Source: Squalus acanthias
Lineage: Eukaryota
Length of the DNA: 64,000 bases
Assembly (NCBI GenBank): GCA_030390025.1
Contig: CM059443.1
Location: 55,490,001-55,554,000, forward strand
Direction of reading: 5' to 3'
Shown: positions 47,095 through 60,049 of the stretch, one piece after another
How the letters are laid out: every line of letters starts with the position of its first letter
Position numbering within the stretch: position 1 is the first letter of the stretch
Made by a program: the position numbers and the translations under genes
The notes under the pieces: generated by a model
What the model was told of the DNA's origin: nothing
Database searches by the model: none
What the model saw: the letters and a program-made list of their open reading frames with translations, nothing else

Positions 47095-47846
47095 GGCCCT
47101 GAAATTCGCCTCTACGCTTGCCGCGGGGGTAAGGATCGCGCGCGCACTTACCTACCGTGCCTGCCGTTGTGTTTTGGGCCCACGGGGACTTCAGCTCCTG
47201 GGCCTGCTCCAAGAGCCGGCATGCAGTGCTTGCGTGTCCCAGGGGCGCAGTTAGTGCGATGCGTCCCCTGGGATCACGTGGGCCATGGAGAGCCAATGGC
47301 AGCAGACCATCTTTCATTCATAGATTTACCTGTCAAATCTGTGAATTGAAATCGGCCCCAAAAGAACAGCTAAACTTAAAATAAATTTAAAAAAACCATC
47401 ATATTTATAAAATAAATATAGCTAAATAAATTAACCACTTTAAACAAAAATTTAAATTTTTGAAAAAATTAAAATACTTTTTAAAAGTGATAAAAATAAA
47501 CTTACCTTTCTTTAAAGTATCTAAAAAAGATAAACTTGTTGAAATTTTTTAAAATTATACTTAATTAACCACTTACCTTGTTGAAAACGGGTCCTGCGCC
47601 TCCTTTTTAAAAGCGCAGGTTCTTCACTACTTACCCTCCCGTAGAAACCTGAAAAAAAATCTAAGTTTGCTGCGTGCGCGCAGCCTCTACCGCGCACGCG
47701 GTTCACCTAGGAACCGCCCCCTTCACCATACCGGAAGTTCCGGTTTCCCGCGCATGCGCAGTGCATGCAGAAAACCGGCACTTTGGGACGCATTATGGGT
47801 GAGTACGCACTGTGTACTCACCCGGGAAGGGCCGAATTTTTGGCCC
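47095..47846 (+). mobile_element. Harbinger-type MITE, family A copy 3
   Basis: TIRs GGCCCTGAAATTCG / CGAATTTTTGGCCC; flanks AAT/ATT. Confidence 0.85.
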
Positions 47847-48246
47847 ATTAGTGCAGGATTGTACTGTAACAAGGAACCTGCACACTTGTGATGCATAGCT
47901 AATTTAATGGCAATTAAGACCGTGTTTGAGCATGCTCAGTGAGCCCAGCACAAGGAAATGAAGAGTGTATTTCACTCTAGAATCTTTTGCAGTTATACAT
48001 TGAAGTTTTTTGAATTAAATGCAAGAAAATAACTCCAGAGACTTGAGCACAAAATCCAGGCTGACAGTCCAGTGTTGCACTGTCGGAGGTGCCGTCTTTC
48101 AGACGGGATGTTAAACTGAGGCCACGTCTGCGCTAAAACAGATTATCTGGTCATTATCTCATTGCTGTTTGTGGGAGCTTGCTGTGCGCAAATTCGCTGC
48201 CGCGTTACTCACATTACAACAGTGACCACCCTTCGAAATTCATATT

Positions 48247-48976
48247 GGGCCGGATATTCCGATCCCTACGGGTGTGTACGGGCTGTGTACCCACCCGTAG
48301 GGACATCGGAAATGCCGGTTTCAGGCATGCACAACGCATGCGCTGAAAACTAGCATTTCCGATCTGTCAAGAATGGTCTTGACAGATCGGATGCCTGCCC
48401 TGGAGAAGGGCCTCTGCGGGAGGAGAGTTCCGCTTTCTGGAGACCCTCCGCCTGCTGAAAATCCTTAGCATTCTTACGCCTGCTTTTACTAGGATAAGAG
48501 TTGAAAAAAGTAAAAATAATTTTTTTTTCACTCATTTATCCTTTAAAAATACTTTAAGGTAAGTTTATTTTTAGCCCTGTAAAAAACTTTAATTATTTTT
48601 TTCAAAAAATTAAATTTTTGTTTAAAATGTTTAATTTATTGTAATTTCAAATAATTTAAAAAAGGTAATTAAAAAAAAAATGTATTTAAAGTTTTACTGT
48701 TTTTGGGGTGATCTCCATTCATATATTTGACAGGTCTATCTGTCAAGTATATGAACGGAGATTCCCTTCTTTGATTGGCTCCCCATGGCCCACGTGATCC
48801 CAGGGACGCTTGCGAACCGCCTGCGCCCCTGGGATACGTGGGCCCTGCGCACTTGGAGTTTGGAGAGGCCCAGCAGCGGAAGTATAGGCGCCTTGGGAGC
48901 CCTCGGGTAAGTTCGTAGATTTTTCCAGATCGGAGGCTTCCGCACGCGAGAGGCCTCCGATCGGAAAATACGGCCC
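48247..48976 (-). mobile_element. Harbinger-type MITE, family C, reverse orientation, between Deu-SINE fragments
   Basis: TIRs GGGCCGGATATTCCGATC / GATCGGAAAATACGGCCC. Confidence 0.85.
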
Positions 48977-49658
48977 CTTGTATTTATCTACATTACAACA
49001 GTGACTACACTTCAAAAAGTACTTCATTGGCTGTAAAGCGCTTTGGGACGTCCTGAAGTCGTGAACGATGCTATATAAATAGCAAGGCCTTTCCTTTTTT
49101 TCCCCCTTTGCTTTTGGCAAATTACATTGCAACTCCGAGGGAACAAATTCACTAGGAACCTAACTGACACATTAATAAATGAATGTAAGCCACAGTTGGA
49201 GGTAAATTTTGGTGCGTAACTGCTAAAATAGTGTAGCGTATAGCATAATAGTGTACCGCAGTCCATTATTCAGTCCAGTGATGATTCAAGTTCAGAAAAT
49301 ATTTCACCTCTCATCTTTGTTCCCAAAACCGCGCTCTCTGTGCACTTGTGTCAGGACACAGCTACTTTAATCATCTAGTGCCGCAAGTCTGCTCGTGCCC
49401 TTAATAAGTGTCAGTCGCCCACTCTCTGAGTCAGATGGTTGTGGTTTCAAGCACACTCTGGATGTGAGCACAGAATTCATTGCAGTGCTGAGGGACTGCT
49501 GCCTTGTCAGAGGTGCCGCCTTTAAGAAATGAATGTTAAGCTGAGGGCCCGTCTATCTGCTCGGGTGACCAAAAGAACAGGATTCATATGATAACTTTCA
49601 TGTCCTCCGGGGGCATCCTGAAACTTCTCACCGCCAATGAATCACTTGCGGAAGTGCA

Positions 49659-49861
49659 CAAATGTGAGAAGTCGCACAACACCAGGTTATAGTCCAACAG
49701 CTTTATTTGAAATCACAAGCTTTCGGAGCGCTGCTCCTTCGTCAGGTGAAGTGAAGAGATGCATATAGGCGCAGCATATATAGTCAGAGAACACTGCCAG
49801 ATGATTACAGTTAATCTTTCCAACTGCCCTTTATCGCACCTCGGCAGAGAGATTCATTGCT
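49659..49861 (-). mobile_element. Short Penelope-like insertion with an intact hammerhead (49713-49749, minus)
   Basis: 8-bp TSD GAAGTGCA at 49651-58 and 49862-69; minus strand TCAC-CTGACGA-A-GGAGC(AGC)GCTCC-GAA-AGCT-T-GTGA. Confidence 0.82.
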
Positions 49862-50717
49862 GAAGTGCAGTCACTGTTGTTCTGGAGATGGATGTAAAAG
49901 ATCCCAGGCGCTATTTGAAGAAAAGTAGGGAGTCCTCTGTGTCGAGGTTAACATTCTTCTCTTCAACCTCACCACCAAAAAAACAAAATAACCGGTCATT
50001 CCTTCATGTGCTGCTTTGGGATCTTGCTGTGCGCAACTTGGCGGCATGTTTTGCCTACATAATAACAGTGACTGCGCTCTGTAAAGTGCTTTGGGGGGGG
50101 GCGGGGTTCCTGAGGATGTGATAAAGTGCTACATCAATGAAAGGACCACCATCGCCTTCTCAACGGCAGCTGGGGCTGGACAATAAATGTCAGCTTTGCC
50201 GGTGATGCCCACATCCCAAGAATTAATTACAATAAAATCAGCACCCCAATTTGCTCCTATCGCTACCACCTCAGGTACTTCATCTTAGTGGTTATACTTA
50301 GCCTATCCCCCACCCCTCTTAATGTAAAGTGTATTTTTTGGGATAATCCTTTTTTTGTCCGTGAGGGATTATCAGTCGACTGGGACTCAGAATGTCTTTG
50401 ACGATGCATCCACATTTGGAAGAACAGAATATGTAATGGTGCCACATGGCGTGTTCACCTGAATAGTGAAAAGCATCACGAAAAATTCACACACTCCCCA
50501 GTATACTTTACTTCAAATAACAGTGGCAAACTGGGAATATAAATTATGCTGCCTGACCTGCTGAGTATTTCCAGCATTTTCTGTTTTTATATAAATTATG
50601 GATTGCTTCAGGAAATTAGAGTTGAAGTATTTCGGTTAAATGAAGGATATTGATTGGGAGACAGAATGTAGGAGTTTAAAATATTTTCACAGGCTGGGCT
50701 CCCGGTTACTCAACGGC

Positions 50718-51970
50718 TCAATTTAAAAATTCTCATTCTTGTCTTCATGTCCGTCCATGGCCTCACTCCTCTCTATCTCTGTTACCTCTTACAGCTCTAC
50801 AATCCTCAAGAGATCTCTGCGCTCCTCCAATTCTGGCCTCTTGCGCATCCCCGATTTTAATTGCTCCACCATTGGCGGCCGTGCCTCTTGATGGCAGGTT
50901 GGGCCTATACTCATTGGGAGTTTAGAAGAATGAGAGGTGATCTTATTGAAACATATAAGATTCTGAGGGGCATTGACAGGGTGGATGCTGAGAGTTTGTT
51001 TCCCCTAGTGGGGGTATGTAGAACTAGGGGGCATAGTGGTTAGCACTGGTGCTTCACAGCGCCAGGGACCCGGGTTCGAATCTGGCCTCGGGTGACTGTC
51101 TGTGTGGAGTTTGCACATTCTCCCCGTGTCTGCGTGGGTTTTCTCCGGGTGCTCCGGTTTCCTCCCACAGTCCAAAAATGTGCGGGTTAGGTTGATTTGG
51201 CTATGATAAATTGACCCTTAGTGTTAGGGGGGGATTAAATATGTGGGGTTACGGGGATAGGATGGGATATGTTAGGGGGAATTAAATACGTGGGGTTACG
51301 GGGATAGGGTGGGATATGTGTCGGTGCAGGCTCGATGGGGATTCTGTGTGAGAAAGCAGGGACAGGGTACTGGATTTGGATGATCAGCCATGATCGTATT
51401 GAATGGTGGAGCAGGCTCGACGGGCCGAATGGCCTACTCCTGCTCCTAGTTTCTATGTTTCTATAGTTTCAGAATAAGGGGTCACCCATTTAAGACGGAG
51501 ATGAGGAGGAATTTCTTCTTTCAGAGGGTCGTGAATCTTTGGAATTCTCTACCCCAGAGAGCTGTGGAGGCGGAGTCATTGAATATATTCAAGGCGGAGA
51601 TTGACAGGCATTTGAACTACAAGGGAGTCGAGGGGTATGGGGAGAGAGCGGGAAAGTGGTGTTGAGGACAAGATTGGATCAGCCATGATCTTATTGAATG
51701 GCGGAGCAGGCTCGAGGGGCCGATTGGCCTACTCCTGCTCCTGTTTCTTATCTTCTTATGTGCCTTCAGCTGCCTAGGCCCTAAACTCTGGAATTCCCTG
51801 CCTAAACCTCTCCGCCTCTCTACCGCTCTCTTCTTTAAGAAGCTCCTTAAAACCTACCTCTTTGGCCAAGCTTTTGGTCGTCTGCCCTAATATCTCCTTA
51901 TGTGGCTCAGTATCAAATTTTGTTTGATAATCGCTCCTGTGCGCTTTATAAATATTTGTTGTTGTTGTTG
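50718..51970 (+). mobile_element. Triple nest: L2 containing a CR1 (about 50888-51760), which contains an HE1-type SINE (51038-51462)
   Basis: GTGCCT is duplicated around the CR1 and ATAGT around the SINE; HE1-like sequence GGTTAGCACT...GTGTGGAGTTTGCACATTCTCCCCGTGTCTGCGTGGG. Confidence 0.87.
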
Positions 51971-52334
51971 TAATATCCGTTGATCCGGTCGGCGCTGTCT
52001 GAGACAGAATGGAGCATTCCAGTGATGTTATTACTGCTGAGGCAGTATAATAAATTTCTACCCCACTGGGATTATTACCACATGTCTGGCTTAGACGATC
52101 TTTATTATAGTGGTGTGATCAAAAACTGTCATTCTTAATCCAGGTTGAGGGCAATCAGGCAGGTAAAATGCTGACTCCTGCCTTGGCAGGTTTTTTTAAT
52201 ACGCATTGTGTGCGCACAGTCTGGGTTAAATGCTTGCGACTGCTTATGTGTTACTAAGGAAACTCAACTCTATAACCAGGGTCCCAATAGTTCAGAACCT
52301 TTTCGTAACTGTATCCCCACCATCGAATTCGGGT

Positions 52335-52870
52335 ATGGTCTCCTTACCTAAGAAAGGATATACTTGCCATGGAGGAGTGCAGCGAAGGTTCACCAGACTG
52401 ATTCCTGAGATGGCAGGACTGTCGTATGAGGAGAGATTGGGTCGACCAGGCCTGTATTCACTAGAGTTTAGAAGAATGAGAGGGGATCTCATTGAAAGGT
52501 ATAACATTCTGACAGGGCTAGACAGACTGGATGCAGGGAGGATGTTTCCTCTGGCTGGGGGGGGGGTCTAGAACGAGGGGTCACAGTCTCAGGATACGGG
52601 GTAGGACATTTAGGACTGAGATGAGGAGAAATTTCTTCACTCACAGGGTGGTGAACCTGTGGAATTCTCTACCACAGAAGGCTGTGGAGGCCAAGTCACT
52701 GAATATATTTAAGAAGGAGATAGATAGATTTCTAGACACAAAAGGCATCAAGGGGTATGGGGAGAGAGCGGGAATATGGTATTGAGATAGAGGATCAGCC
52801 TATTAAATGGTGGAGCAGGCTCGAAGGGCCGAATGGCCTACTCCTGCTCCTATTTTTCTATGTTTCTATG
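52335..52870 (+). mobile_element. CR1 3' portion
   Basis: VQRRFTRLIPEMAGLSYEERL; (TTCTATGT)n tail. Confidence 0.9.
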
Positions 52871-52926
52871 TATCCAAGTGTTCTACGTACCTGCCAGTTT
52901 TTGACGGCAGTGTGATACTGGACCAG

Positions 52927-53681
52927 CAACCTAGAAATTTTGGATTTGGATTTAATAATCGAGGGGGAAACGGGGCACTAACTTTTGAAATCTGGAAAAA
53001 TTAGCGCCAGGCTCTAATGATTGTGAGCTTCCAGTAAATTGGCTGTTAGCGCTCCAGGAAGGAGGTGGAGCATTAAATCAAGCGCTGCCACTCCCCTTGG
53101 AGCGCTAAAGTTTGGCAAGAGGGGCAGTAGCGGTGTTGGCGCTGCCCAATGTCGAGGGCAGCGCTGCCGGGAATGGACGCTCCTTCCCTCCCTTAAAGGG
53201 AAAGGGCCGTCGCTGCAGGCTCTGCATTGAAACGAGGTCCCTCGTTGCCGACGGCAGCCGCGATCCGACACGATCGGCCCCAAGCGCTCTAGCAGAGTGC
53301 AGGCTGATTGATCGCGGAAATGCTGAAAAGTGGACGTAAGGCATTAAGACATTTTTTTCATGCTACCATCATCACCTTTAAATACCGCTCCCCAAGCGGC
53401 TGGCCTCCCTGACAACGCCTCCCGCAGCTGTCGCTGTTGTCGCCTGGCGATGCTACAGGAGGCGGAACCGAATTTCGGGTTCGGGGTGCTACCGGGGCGC
53501 TGTGCAGCACGATGACCTCACAATCTCCGGGCACAGGAGGTCGTGGTGCTCGGGGTTACCGCCACCGCAAACCTCGACGGGAATTTCGCGAGCGTCGGTA
53601 CTCTCGCAAAGCCTGTAGCGCCCCGTTATCGCCTCCCGAAGGCGCTAACGGGAGGTGCAAGGGAGGCGAATTTCTAGCCCC
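52927..53681 (+). mobile_element. Harbinger-type MITE related to family B (left TIR eroded)
   Basis: Right TIR CGAATTTCTAGCCCC; left remnant CTAGAAATTT; shares the GGCGCTAACGGGAGG subterminal motif. Confidence 0.72.
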
Positions 53682-54265
53682 TAGTAACCTGTGGGCCTGG
53701 CATCAGGGGGAAAAAAATGACCTTGTAAACTGGTTAAAGGAAGAGATGTTGCCGTCACTGCCCAGGTTGGTCTGCCTGTGGTTGGCTCTCAATGAGTTCT
53801 GAAGCAGATGAACCCTTTGCCAGCGTCGGGGCAATACATGCGGCCATTGCCAGTGTCCGTCACATCTCTAGCAAATAATAAAGAGTGCAGCCAGGTATGT
53901 GTATGAGGAAGGTGGGCGATAGTTAAGGGTGGACAGTGTTACAGCTAGATTGATTGTGAAGTGTTGCCATGCCATTAAGTTGGGGAATGTATCTTGCATG
54001 GTTTATGGGGATCTGACATCAAACTGTTGAAGGTGCTCATGCCCATGGTATCCGCTTGGCAAATTAAACAAATTGGCAAATTTAAGGGGTAACACTCGGT
54101 AGACGGGGAGAGGGCCCTCTGTCCTTCTGTTCAGGCTTGTTGTCACGGATGATGTGGTTTTGGTGTAAAGGTGCTTGGTCTGCTGCCGGGGGGGATCTCC
54201 AGTGACGTGAGCCCAGCCTCACTCCATAATGCATGGGTCAGCTCATTTGATGTTGCACCCAACAG

Positions 54266-54565
54266 GGGCAACATGGTGGCATAGTGGTTAGCACTGTTGC
54301 CTCACAGCGCCAGGGACCCGGGTTTGAATCCAGCCTCGGGTGACTGTCTGTGTGGAGTTTGCACATTGTCTGCGTGGGTTTCCTCCGGGTGCTCCAGTTT
54401 CCTCCCACAGTCCAAAGATGTGCGGGTTAGGTTGATTTGGCTATGATAAATTGACCCTTAGTGTTAGGGGGATTAAATACGTGGGGTTACGGGGATAGGG
54501 TGGGATATGTGTCGGTGCAGGCTCGATGGGCCGAAATGGCCTCTATCTGCACTGTGGGGATTCTG
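54266..54565 (+). mobile_element. HE1-type V-SINE
   Basis: tRNA-like head, V-domain-like core and CR1-like tail GGCTCGATGGGCCGAAATGGCCTCT. Confidence 0.85.
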
Positions 54566-55116
54566 AAAAAAAATTCTGATCTGAAAACACGTTTCTCAGG
54601 ACTCGGCGGGAGAACGGCCAGCTCGTGGAGCTGGGATTTCCAGCCGACAGCAGCACTCGTTCTGCAGGCCAGATTGCATCGTGTGGAATTAGCTGGGAGC
54701 CGAATCGGAAGACCCAATAGGAACGGCCGTGGATAGCTCGTGGGGGCAGATGTCCAGCTCCTGGCGCGGGATCAATCATCTGCTTGAGCATTTCTACCCT
54801 ATATTGACACCCCTAAATCTCATCAAATTTACTGACCATGTTTATTGTTCAGGCAAACTGCACTAAATAATTTTATGGGGATGTTATTTTCATGGAGCAG
54901 TTTAGTTTTGTTGATTTTATGGATGATAAAAATCTTGCAATTACAATTCCCCAATGTATAGTTCTCTGCTATGTTCTCACTGTTTGTGCTACATGACTGA
55001 ATGCAAAATCCTGTACAGTCATTAATAATTTGTTTTTAAAAAAAAGAAACGTACACAAAATTCTGTTCAATTCTACGGAAGGCAGTCAAGATGCAAAGTC
55101 ACTAACGGTAAAGCGA

Positions 55117-55670
55117 GAAAGACTTGCATTTTTACAGCGCCTTTCACAACCTCAAGAAGTTCCAAAGTGCTTTACAACCAATGAAGTACTTTTTTGAAGT
55201 GCAGTCACTGCTGTAATGTAGGAAACGGGGCAGCCAATTTGCGCACAGCAAGCTCCCACAAACAGCAACATGATAATGACCAGATAATCTGTTTTAGTGA
55301 TGTTGGTTGAGGAATAAATATTGGCCCAGGACACCGAGGTGTCATGGGGTGTCTTACATCCACCTGAGAGAGCAGACGGGGCCACGGTTTAACGTTCCGT
55401 CCGAAAGATGACACCGCTGACAGTGCGGCACTCCCTCAGTACTGCACTGAGAGTGCCAACCTCGATTTTGACCTCTCAACCAACATTACTAAAAAAGATT
55501 ATCTGGTCACTATCTCACTGCTGTTTGTGGGAGCTTGCTGTGCACAAATTGGCTGCTACATTTCCTATATTACAACAGTGACTACATTTCAGAAGTACTT
55601 AATTGGCTATAAAGCGCTTTGGGATGTCTTGAGGTCGTGAAAGGTGCTATATAAATGAACTCTTCCTTTA
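55117..55670. mobile_element. Deu-SINE fragments in inverted arrangement (minus 55117-55470; plus tail 55473-55670)
   Basis: Family match. Confidence 0.8.
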
Positions 55671-56317
55671 CTTTTTTTATTATTGTCTGAAGTTTGGGAG
55701 CTTGATCAGATGGGCTGCAGTCATCTGTTCTGGTCCTTTGCATTGACCAGGTTTTTTGCACTCCGGAACTGAAGGAGGGGCTTATGTGGTCCCAATATCC
55801 AGTGGGGAGAAAAATATCCCAACGATGGGTTGCTCATGTTGAACCCTTAGAAAATCTGTATCACTTCGCCTGATGCAGCACCGAGGACTATTTAATTCAA
55901 CATGGAATTGTATCCACTGTCCTGTTAAGCTTCTAATTCTAATACGTATTTAGGTACAAAGAATAAATACACTGTGATTCCTGAGATGATTTGTCAATTT
56001 ATTTCCATTCCCCGATGGTTCAATAAGACTAGCTGTCGAATTGATTGTCTTTCCCTCCTCAAATTCAGCAAAGGAAAGGGTTCTGAGGAGCTCATCTGCT
56101 GTGTTGTATTTAACCGCGCAGGGAAAATTCCGCACCGTTGCGGACTCGTGGATAATTGGACTGTTGCGGGATGGGGGGGGGGGTGGGATGTTGTGCTACT
56201 CATCCGGTGCCTGGGACTGAGCAGGCATTCAGACTGTTTCTACAGTGAGCTATCTCTAATTCGTGATCAACCAAAACATTTGGAGCCGAGCCAAATATTT
56301 AGCTCTTGTGTTAAAAG

Positions 56318-56614
56318 TGCTTTAATTTGCGCCGCCCCGGCCGCAGGTAGGCCCCCCTGACCCTGTCGGACATAGCGTCCGACGGTAAGTCAGGGGGCGC
56401 TACCGAGATCGCGGCCGGGGCGCTGCGCATGGCAATGACGTCATTGTTGGCGGCGCAGCGCCACGGGACGCTAACAGTTAGCGCCGTCGCTAACCTCCCG
56501 CTGAATTTCCCAGGAGGCGTGGACGGTGCCACGCCCAGGCGCTAGTTGCTTTGTGCCCCGTTAGCGCCCTCTTAGGCGCTAATGGGAGGCGCAAAGCAAC
56601 TGAAATTTTCCCCC
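56318..56614 (+). mobile_element. Right half of a family-B-like MITE
   Basis: Ends in CAACTGAAATTTTCCCCC; homologous to 43318-43518. Confidence 0.75.
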
Positions 56615-58591
56615 TTAGTTTATGAGATGAGAATACAGATCATATCCACCTTGATGAAATCTATAGGCTGCGTTTTGGCGCTGAATCTTAGTTCACTTAC
56701 CTCGGTCTAACGCTAATACTCTAAGAAATTCCCGTTTGTTGTGGTAGATTTACCCGGTCTGTATTTCAAAAGCATCAAGATACACTTTAATACTATGGGA
56801 TGTCTTTATCGTCTGGTGCGTGTGGAGGGTGACGTTAAAAGGGTGTAAATGTGGGCTGATAGTTTTAGTGATGTTTGAAATTCATTGCCTTTGGGTGAAT
56901 GAAAGTACATTAGCACCAGCATATTAAAGTTACTTTCTTTAATTTATGTTGCAGAGTATGTCAAAAAAAAAACTGATTATGACATTGTTCGCAGAGAGGC
57001 AGACTATTCCTCATTCGGAAACAGTATGAAAAGAGAGAATTGCACTTTTTCAAAGTTGTGGGGAAAAATTATTATTTTAAACTCCTTATATAAAAGGAGC
57101 ACAATTACAATGTTATTGGCAAAAACAGAAATGAGAATTGTTTCATCGATACTGCCCTTAAAATTAAAATTATATTATAATTTAGGTCTATTTACAGAAT
57201 GCTAGGATCAGACTGCTTCCATCTCCCTGTACCCTGTACCCTGGCACCAAGCCTATTCTCTCCTTGTTAAAGCCAGAACTCTCACTTTCTTTTTTGAACA
57301 TCCACATTCACTGCAGCAAGTGGCTGCCGATTATAGCTGATGTTTTCAAATCCCTCCTTGGCCTCGCCCCTCCCTATCTCTGTAATCTCCTTCAGCCCCA
57401 CAACCCCCTCCTCCCGAGATATCTGCACTCATCTAATTCTGCCCTCTTGAGCATCCCTGATTATAATCGCTCAACCATTGGTGGCCGTGCTTTCTGTTGC
57501 CTGGGCCCTAAGCTCTGGAATTCCCTGCCTAAACCTCTCCGCCTCTCTACCTCTCTTTCCTCCTTTAAGACGTTCCTTAAAACCTACCTCTTTGACCAAG
57601 CTTTTGGTCACCTGCCCTAATTTATCCTTATGTGGCTCGGTGTCAATTTTTTTTGCCATAAAATACTCCTGTGCAGTGCCTTGGGACGTTTTACTACGTT
57701 GCAGGCGCTATATAAATACAAGTTGTTGTTGTAGTTGAATCCACGGCCCCCGTACCAGCTGGCTGCCTATTCCAACCAAATCTGCATTCACGCACCCCAG
57801 TCAATAGCAGCTAATCCTAACCGAGTCTGCATTCACTGCACTAAATGGCAACCTATTCCGACTGCGTCTTCATTCATTGCGAAAGCTGTCAGCTCATTAT
57901 GCCGAGAGGCAGAGCTGATGTGAAAGTGATTAGGCTGAAGGAGTGCAGAACTGCCGTCTACAACTTTGTGCTAATAATAAGGCTCAAACAAGACTGGAGG
58001 TTAGAAGAAAAACAATTGTTTTCTTTCCCAAACAGTACAACAATAGCTTGCATTTATATAGCGCCTTTAACGTAAGGCGCTTCACAGGAGCGTAAGCAAA
58101 CAGAATTTGACACCGAGCCACATAAGGAGAAATGAGGGCAGATCACCAAAAGCTTGGTCAAAGAGGTAGGCTTTAAGGAGGGTCTTAAAGGAGGAAAAGA
58201 GAGGTAGCGAGGCGGAGAGGCTTAGGGAGGGAATTCCAGAGCTTTGGGCCTCGGCAGCTGAAGGCACGGCCGCCAATGGTGGACCGATGATAATCGGGGA
58301 TGCGCAAGAGGCCAGAATTGGAGGAGCGCAGAGATCTTGGATATAAGTAGTGAGTATGTTCAGCCTATACGCTTACAAATTATTCTTGGCAAAATTTTTA
58401 GATGAGTGCTTAAGGAAAGAAAGAAAGACTGCATTTATATAGCGCCTTTCATAACCACAGGACGTCCCAAAGCTATTTACAGCCAATGGAGTACATTTGA
58501 AGCGTAGTCAGTATTGTAATGTAGGAAACAGGGCACCAAATTTTCACATAGCAAGATCCCACAAACAGCAAAGTGATAGCAACGAGATAAT

Positions 58592-59296
58592 GGCCCTGGA
58601 TTTGCGGTCGGAGGCTTCCCGCTGGAAAATGCCTCCGATCCGCAAATAAAAGGCCCGCCTACCTGGTGGTCCGGGAGGTACGGAGACTGGCGGTCCTGGG
58701 CCTCTCCGGGTACCCGCGGACAGAGGCCTGCGTATCCCGGGGGTGCAGGCGGTTCGCGAGCACCCTGGGATCACGTGGGCCGGCCCAACCAATGAAAGAA
58801 GGGGATCCCCATTCATGCTTATGGTGATTCCGTATGTATAGAAACCCCATGAGCATGAATGGGAACACCCCAAAAAATACATCTAGACATCAAATAAAAA
58901 AAAAATCACATATTTACAATGAATTAAAATGCCATTTAATTAAATATTTAAAACAAAAATTAAATTTTTTGTAAAATAAATGTAATTGTTTTAAAGGAGC
59001 TAAATCAACCTTACCTTATTGTACAGGTTTTTTAATGTATGAATGATTGATAAATATTTATTTGTATGTTTTTTTTAAACTCTTACGCTGGTAAAAGCGG
59101 GCCTCGGGCATTCGCTGGGCAGAAGTCGGCCCGCGGATGCCCTTTTCCCGGGGTTGCGTTGGATCCGTCGAGAAAATTCTTGACAGATCGCAAGTTCCGG
59201 GTTTTCACGCATGTGTGCGCTTTGCGCGCGAAAACCCGGAACTGGCGCGGCCCTTACGGGCGCGTACGCACCTGTAGGGGCCGCAAACTACGGGCC
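58592..59296 (+). mobile_element. Harbinger-type MITE related to families A and C, inserted in a minus-strand Deu-SINE
   Basis: TIRs GGCCCTGGATTTGCGG / CCGCAAACTACGGGCC; TSD AAT/AAT. Confidence 0.85.
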
Positions 59297-60049
59297 AATC
59301 TTCTGCTGAGTTTTTCCAGCGTTTTCTGTTGTTATTTCAGATTTGCAGCATCCGCAGTATTTTGCTATCGTTTTTTTTTAGTGATGTTGATTGAGGGATA
59401 AGTATTGGCCCAGGACACCAGGGAGAACTCCCCCTTGCTCTTCTTCGAAATAGGGCCGCGGGATATTTTACGTCCACCTGAGAGAGCAGACGGGGCCCTC
59501 GTTTTAACGTCTCATCCATCACCGTTCTTCGTGACCGTTTGATTTCTGAAAAAGTCAGCGAAGGCAAGGCTCATTCTTTTAAGATAAGACATGTCTGGGC
59601 TTTGTAATTACTTTCCTTTTTCAGAGAAATTAGATTAAGGCTATTATCTCAGGTGCTGCTTCTTCTTGTCTCATCTAATTTGCACCGCATCAATTTCACT
59701 AACTGGAGAAGGCGCTTGATGCTAATCACAGCGTAGCTCCGTGGAATGACTCACTGCTCCAGACACATGAATTGTTGCATATTTTAGACACAACTCTGTG
59801 CCTGTGCTTCTGTGCAGGAATTCTCTTTGTATTTCTTCTCAAGGGTAAAGTGAAACTTGCCAGCTTGGCTCAGTTGGTGGCACTCTCGCTTCCCGAGTCA
59901 GGAGGTTGTGGTCTCGAGGTCACTTCCAGAACTTGAAGCGCATAATCTAAATTGTCGCCGGCGCAGCAGTGTCCACGACGCTGTCTGTATGAGATGCTTG
60001 AACTCTCCGCCTGTTCAGGGGCGTTTAAGGGTTCCCATGGTATTATTTA

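Noticed and set aside
57295-57880. Degenerate repeat of about 40 bp (CATTCACTGCA...TGGC.GCC.ATT) interrupted by an L2
   Set aside because: An ordinary decayed minisatellite with no coding or structural signal.
59788-59844. 57-nt AG..GT phase 1-1 segment encoding DTTLCLCFCAGILFVFLLK, a possible CD276 TM exon
   Set aside because: No similarity to the conserved B7-H3 TM exon, the hydrophobic run is short, the acceptor is weak, and T-rich DNA yields such peptides by chance.
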